Assembly: GCA_048940645.1 (NCBI GenBank)
Contig: JBHLOI010000059.1
Span: forward strand, 1-20,715
Direction of reading: 5' to 3'
From: Promethearchaeota archaeon
GTDB taxonomy: Archaea > Asgardarchaeota > Lokiarchaeia > Sigyniarchaeales > SOKP01
DNA length: 20,715 bases
The notes under the pieces are model-generated. The model had not been told where the DNA came from, did not search any database, and worked only from the letters and a program-made list of their open reading frames with translations. Below are positions 15,747-20,715 of the stretch, one piece after another. A program made the translations under genes and the position numbers. Within the stretch, counting starts at the first letter, position 1. Every line of letters begins with the position of its first letter.

Positions 15747-16601
15747 TCAAATTACTTGTTTTTCAGAAAAAACTTTTTCTAGAAATTTGTGGAATTCTTT
15801 AGTATTTCTTTCTAGGATATTATTATCTTTAATCTGATTATTGTGTATATATTTCTTGATTAGTTTATTCTTTAGACTTATTAAACCAGCAATTGTTTTA
15901 ATTTCCTTTTTAACTTGTATTTTAAAGGGAGGTTTCATTCTCCCACCTATTTTTGGTATGAAAACTAAATGATTTCTAAAAAGAGTAGTTAATATTTTAT
16001 GGAAATTATTTTGAGGAAATTTTTCATTATACCAACCTTTTAATTCTTTAATTGGTACAGGTTTATTGCCTAAAAGTTCTAAAGTTTGTATAACATCATT
16101 TCTCTCTAACAATGAGATAATATTTTCTTCTTCAAGGGTGCCCTCAATTTCATCAAGAATTGCCGAATTAAACTCTCTTATCCAACTTTTAACTAATATT
16201 ATATTGTTTTTAATTTCATGTTCAGAATCTTGATTGTAATAGTTTGTTCTTTCATAAAATGCTGTATATATTTCATTTTTGGTTTTTAACCATTCTGAAA
16301 ATTCAATACAAAGATTGAACACTGCCTTTTCAGTTTTAAGAGAGGGTGGCTGATTAAAAATTACCGAAACCATAAGGAATTCTTTATTACCGCGAGCCCA
16401 TTTTGAATCAATTTCGAAATAATAATTCAATGTGTAAGATGAGTTAAAAGAATGAGTAAAAAAACCTTCTGATATGATCTGATCCATTAAATTAGCTATA
16501 ATTATAGCATTTCCTTCCTTCAATTTATTTTCCGGATAAGAATAGAAAACTGAAGGGCCCATCTTGCGATCAAAATAGGAGAGAGCTGACTGGATTTGCA
16601 T
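15747..16601 (-). CDS. uDENN/longin domain protein (folliculin/SMCR8/NPRL2-like N-terminus) with wHTH-like C-terminus
   Basis: N-terminal LSYFDRKMGPSVFYSYP fits the F-x4-G-P hairpin motif. YFEIDSKWARGNKEFLMVSVI contains the ARG motif. Confidence 0.72.
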   Translation of the reverse strand: MQIQSALSYFDRKMGPSVFYSYPENKLKEGNAIIIANLMDQIISEGFFTHSFNSSYTLNYYFEIDSKWARGNKEFLMVSVIFNQPPSLKTEKAVFNLCIEFSEWLKTKNEIYTAFYERTNYYNQDSEHEIKNNIILVKSWIREFNSAILDEIEGTLEEENIISLLERNDVIQTLELLGNKPVPIKELKGWYNEKFPQNNFHKILTTLFRNHLVFIPKIGGRMKPPFKIQVKKEIKTIAGLISLKNKLIKKYIHNNQIKDNNILERNTKEFHKFLEKVFSEKQVI

Positions 16602-16705
16602 TATTTAGTCCCAAAAATTGTTCATTCTTTTTATTTAGAACATCTGGTACTCATATAAAAATTAAAATAATATTTAGATAAATATCTTAATTTTGAATTT
16701 TAAGT

Positions 16706-18001
16706 TTACTTCTTAATATTTCTAGAAAGGTAAATTAAAAATATTAATACAATAAGCCCCAATAATGAAAGAAATAGAAACATGAAGTAAATATTAATTT
16801 CAGCTACGTATCCTGCAATAATAGGTGTTAATCCAAAACCAATCCCTACTAAAATTTCATTTATAGTTGAGTATTTTGCTGTATTTTTTGCTGTTCCATG
16901 TTCAAGCATAATTTTCATCGAAGTTCCATGAATGAGTCCAAAGAAAAGACCAGTTGACATGCTTAATATTGAAATAAACCAAATATCGTCAAAAAAGATT
17001 ACCAAGCTTGAAAATAACATAACTAGAATTATACTTATTAGTACAGAAGTCTTTCTGTTATATACTTTCATAGAATTGATCCAAGTTAAGCCTATTAGTT
17101 GAGTTGCTTGAATTCCGAATTGTACAAGATAAGTTGGAGTTGAGGTAATTGCTGAAGCTTTTAAAAAAATTTGATATGAAAAGAGAAAATTTGCTTTAGC
17201 GATTGCCAAAAAAATTATTCCAATCCATGAGAATAGAATTGGATAAATAATCATTGGATGATTTTTTTTTATTTCTATATGAGAAATCGTAGAATCTACT
17301 TGAATATGTGGCTCTTGATTCGATAAAGATACACTTGATTCTTTTTTTAAGAATAAACTAACCGGAATTAGTAAAAATGAAATTCCCCAAGAAGCGATCA
17401 TAGCAAAATAATCATTCCAAACAAATGCCCAGACATACCCTACAAGAAGCCCGAGAAGAAATCCAGAGTTCCATGAAAAGTTAAAATGTTTAAAATTTTT
17501 ATTAGATTTCTCTATATTACTTACTTTTTGCCATTTACTTAATAAATTAAAGCAGTTTGGCCAAAAAACTCCTAATGATATTCCTAATAAAATACGACAC
17601 ATGATTAAAAACCAAGGCTCAAAGTATAATATTTGAGCTCCAGTTAATATTGGAGTAATCACACAAGATAGGATGAGAGAATTCCTAATTCCCAACTTTG
17701 AGGTAATTATTTGCCCCAAAATGGGAGCAAAAATATATGCTATAGCTCCAGCAGAAGATATAATCCCTAAAGTACTCTCACTAATAAGGATGACTCTATA
17801 TAGATAATTTTGAAGAGCCCGATCAAAAATCGAAACATAAAATAAGCGAATAAATGAAAGCATAAATAATGACCAAACCCGATAATTTTCAGTTGAATAA
17901 CTACTGACTGAATTTTTGTTATCATACTTAAAAAATTTCTTCGAGATTGGCACAATTTTATACCTTATTATTATTAAAAGAAGAAATAATACGTTTCTCA
18001 T
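16706..18001 (-). CDS. MFS transporter
   Basis: About 12 TM segments, a motif A-like GQIITSKLGIRNSL, RILLGISLG and GFGLTPIIAGYV. The true start may be the GTG at 17953, which has AAGGT upstream. Confidence 0.88.
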   Translation of the reverse strand: MRNVLFLLLIIIRYKIVPISKKFFKYDNKNSVSSYSTENYRVWSLFMLSFIRLFYVSIFDRALQNYLYRVILISESTLGIISSAGAIAYIFAPILGQIITSKLGIRNSLILSCVITPILTGAQILYFEPWFLIMCRILLGISLGVFWPNCFNLLSKWQKVSNIEKSNKNFKHFNFSWNSGFLLGLLVGYVWAFVWNDYFAMIASWGISFLLIPVSLFLKKESSVSLSNQEPHIQVDSTISHIEIKKNHPMIIYPILFSWIGIIFLAIAKANFLFSYQIFLKASAITSTPTYLVQFGIQATQLIGLTWINSMKVYNRKTSVLISIILVMLFSSLVIFFDDIWFISILSMSTGLFFGLIHGTSMKIMLEHGTAKNTAKYSTINEILVGIGFGLTPIIAGYVAEINIYFMFLFLSLLGLIVLIFLIYLSRNIKK

Positions 18002-18022
18002 ATATTTTTTTAAAATTAGATC

Positions 18023-18787
18023 CTAACGACTCTTTTGAAAGTATAATTGTTTTAAAGTGAGAAACTCGGCTTTTCTAGAAAGAGATTCTTTGATAAAATT
18101 GTGAATTTTGGTGTTAAATTTATCTCCTGTATTTAACCAACGATCTGGTCTATAAGAAAGATTGAGAAATAAATTAAAACCGCTCATTTGATTACGTAAC
18201 ACTTCCTTCATATTTATCCATTCTATAGGATGAAAACATAAGATAATTACTTTCTTTTTAAACATCCTTTTTAATAAAAAAGAATAATTGATACGAATTC
18301 TCAGAGGTATAACATAATTTGAGGGAGGATATTCTTGAATTTCATCATTATACTTTTGATAAGATTTTACTTTTTTCTGAGATTTAATTGATGAATCATA
18401 TTTAAATCCCAAATTATTTAAAACACTGAACAAGTATTTTGGAGGATTCAAATATGGTGAACGAAACCCAATAATTTCTGAATTTTGGGATATAGTCTCT
18501 ATTATCTTTTTATTTTGAGAAAGTGATTCTTGGCATTTTTTAAATCCTAATTGGTTTAATCGATCATGAGTTAATCCATGACATGCGATCTCATGACCTT
18601 TGCGCTCAATTAACCTTATATATTCCGGTTGATGTTCAGCAACATTTCCAGTACAAAAAAAAGTCGCTTTAACGTTAAAATTATCTAAAAGTTTTAATAT
18701 TTTCAATAGACCGATTTTTACCCCGAAATAGGTATTTAAAATATTTGGGATATCTCTTTCGATATCAAAGGTCAATATAATTTTCAT
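18023..18787 (-). CDS. Polysaccharide deacetylase (NodB/CE4) family protein
   Basis: LTFDIE, ATFFCTG, HEIACHGLTH, GFRSPY, YDSS and FHP motifs. Confidence 0.92.
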   Translation of the reverse strand: MKIILTFDIERDIPNILNTYFGVKIGLLKILKLLDNFNVKATFFCTGNVAEHQPEYIRLIERKGHEIACHGLTHDRLNQLGFKKCQESLSQNKKIIETISQNSEIIGFRSPYLNPPKYLFSVLNNLGFKYDSSIKSQKKVKSYQKYNDEIQEYPPSNYVIPLRIRINYSFLLKRMFKKKVIILCFHPIEWINMKEVLRNQMSGFNLFLNLSYRPDRWLNTGDKFNTKIHNFIKESLSRKAEFLTLKQLYFQKSR

Positions 18788-18965
18788 TATATACGTAAAA
18801 TTTATAATTTTAAACTTAAAATATTAAACATAAATTTGGGTTTAATGCTCATTCTATTTATAAACTCTGGATTTAAAATTAAATTTTCTAGGAAATTATT
18901 TATAAAAATTATGCTATAATAATAATAAATGGAATCCAGAAATTAAAAACTTAAAGTGAATTAAA

Positions 18966-19448
18966 ATGCCAATAATGGAAGGTTGGGAGGTTTCTCCCGA
19001 TAGAGTTGAGAAATATGAAAAAATGATGGGGCAAGACGATGTAGGTGACCCGATAATTACTTCAAAATGTAGACTTGGTAAAGAAAATGGTTTTTTAGTA
19101 ATGAGTGACAATGGTTTTGCCTGGAGAATACAGATTACAGCAATGAGAGGTTCAATGTATTCTGCTGGAAAAAGTAAATGGGTAAGATGGCACGATGTGA
19201 ATAGTATTCAACAAAAAAAGCCCGGTGTCTTATATCTATGGGTAAATAAAAGAAAAAATGGTGCGCTAGTAATTGATGGTAAAGGTAATCCCAAACTAAA
19301 GAAATGGTTAATAAATTTACAGCAAAATAAGAATGAACCTAAAGATCATTTTAGACAAAGACAAGCAATTTTCTTTAATATTGTGGCAGAAATTTATAAC
19401 CGTAATAGAGTAGAAACAATTCCTCCTACGAGTGACTCAAGAATTTAA
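18966..19448 (+). CDS. Hypothetical protein, PH-like fold suspected
   Basis: Beta-rich pattern GFLVMSDNGFAW...VRWHDVNSI...LYLWV ending in one amphipathic helix (FFNIVAEIYNR). Confidence 0.7.
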   Translation: MPIMEGWEVSPDRVEKYEKMMGQDDVGDPIITSKCRLGKENGFLVMSDNGFAWRIQITAMRGSMYSAGKSKWVRWHDVNSIQQKKPGVLYLWVNKRKNGALVIDGKGNPKLKKWLINLQQNKNEPKDHFRQRQAIFFNIVAEIYNRNRVETIPPTSDSRI

Positions 19449-19564
19449 AATTTTAGAGATTAAAATCTCTTTACTTTTTTTCTTTCATATTTTTTTTATA
19501 CGTAAATTTTCTGATAAATTGTTATTCCTATCTCCTATTTTGAAGGATTTAAAAGGGTTAAGTT

Positions 19565-20715
19565 TTATTCCTCCTTTATTGAGACTATTTTATGTGAAAA
19601 TGGGTCATATTCAACAGATTCTTTTTTCCCAATTCTTTTCTCAAATATGGTTCTAAAAATTTTAAAGAAGAAGTTTTCGAATCCAGCTATGAAAATCTCA
19701 TTCTTCCATCTAAACTCTGCTATAGCTCTAATTAACTTAAGGATTGGGATACTATTTTGCTCAAAAACTTTTTTACCTACAATGGCACTGGTAATTGAAA
19801 TCATTTCAAGGAGATTCTTGTGTTTTAAATAATTTGGTGCATGTTCTCTTCTAATTTTCGCCCAGCTATGGAGATAAGACGGAGCTTTGAATCCCATTTT
19901 TAGAGCCTCATCATAAATCGGAGTTTTAGGATAGGGAAAGAGTAATTTTATTGAAAATTCGCAATCAGGGTTGATCTCTTTAACTCTCTTTGCTAAATAT
20001 ATTGTTTTTTTTATATCATTTTTTGTTTCACCTGGTACACCAATCATCCAACTATAATCAGCAATAAGACCTACATCTTTTGTAATTCTAGCACTTTTTA
20101 TTATATCTTTTATTAAAATCTTTTTATTCAAGATATTTAATACTCGTTGAGAGCCAGATTCTACCCCAAAAAATAGTTGCCTGCAGCCATGTTCTTTTGC
20201 TTCTTTAGCTAATGAAGAATTTAGACGGTCAACACGTAATTCTGCTTTCCATATGATGTCTTTCTTTTTAAAGTAATTAAAAAGAGCTTTAATCCGTTCC
20301 CTTTTTGCGAAAAAATAATCGTCATAAAAATTAATTTTTTTAGCACCAAAATCTATGCATTTATCAAGTTCTTCAATACATTTCTCGGCAGTCCATCCTC
20401 TCCATACATTTTGAAAGAGGGTATTATAACAAAAAGCACATCTAAATGGACAGCCACGACTAGTTATCATGTTGAAATTTCCATTTTTTATATAACGCTT
20501 TGGATTTATCAACTCCCACGGAATACTCAGTTTACTTATTTCAATGCTATTTAATAGGCCAGAATCAGGATTATGATGTAATTTTCTGCCTTTTTTTATT
20601 GAAAGGCTCTTAATTTGACTAATATTTTTTCCACTTATAAGTTCATAATAAGGTTTTTCACCTTCTCCCCTGATTACAAAATCAATTAAATTATTTTGAA
20701 GAGTCTGTGTTGGAA
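19565..20715 (-). CDS. B12-binding domain radical SAM protein (5' end outside the window)
   Basis: TSRGCPFRCAFC, FYDDYF, GVESGS and IGVPGET. The frame stays open upstream of the track start at 20512 to the edge and contains IDFVIRGEGE, typical of the cobalamin-binding domain. Confidence 0.92.
   Translation of the reverse strand, partial: PTQTLQNNLIDFVIRGEGEKPYYELISGKNISQIKSLSIKKGRKLHHNPDSGLLNSIEISKLSIPWELINPKRYIKNGNFNMITSRGCPFRCAFCYNTLFQNVWRGWTAEKCIEELDKCIDFGAKKINFYDDYFFAKRERIKALFNYFKKKDIIWKAELRVDRLNSSLAKEAKEHGCRQLFFGVESGSQRVLNILNKKILIKDIIKSARITKDVGLIADYSWMIGVPGETKNDIKKTIYLAKRVKEINPDCEFSIKLLFPYPKTPIYDEALKMGFKAPSYLHSWAKIRREHAPNYLKHKNLLEMISITSAIVGKKVFEQNSIPILKLIRAIAEFRWKNEIFIAGFENFFFKIFRTIFEKRIGKKESVEYDPFSHKIVSIKEE

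Noticed and set aside
15354-19832. Short track ORFs 15354-15689, 17767-17955, 18914-19111, 19432-19656 and 19647-19832
   Set aside because: They overlap real genes (mostly antisense, 17767-17955 in another frame of the MFS gene), and their Phe/Leu-rich composition reflects the overlapped sequence.
19565-20715. Assigning the radical SAM gene to a specific enzyme such as a GDGT ring synthase
   Set aside because: The motifs are shared across the whole B12-radical SAM class and the gene is truncated.

Overview
AT-rich prokaryotic window whose gene content points to an Asgard archaeon, probably Lokiarchaeia. This is an inference from a Rab-like GTPase lacking a prenylation tail, two longin/uDENN-like proteins, iorAB and GGTGA-type ribosome-binding sites. 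It holds 21 plausible CDSs. The metabolic genes are a truncated sphingosine-1-phosphate-lyase-like PLP enzyme, a membrane M28 peptidase, a ferredoxin-nitroreductase, iorA/iorB, an aldo/keto reductase with a 4Fe-4S domain, an MBL-TPR hydrolase, an MFS transporter, a polysaccharide deacetylase and a truncated B12-binding radical SAM enzyme. There is also an RNase H-like/NYN/GNAT gene triplet. Three observations stand out. (1) A 34-aa, 50% Lys, APKKKP-repeat gene at 908-1012, missed by the ORF track, resembles a free-standing histone H1 C-terminal tail. (2) A uDENN/longin protein retains the folliculin/SMCR8-type 'ARG' arginine-finger motif. (3) That gene lies near a second longin-like TPR protein and a Rab-like GTPase with non-canonical G3/G4 motifs. 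I saw no CRISPR array, tRNA, rRNA or transposase. All family calls come from motif recognition by eye, and no searches were run.
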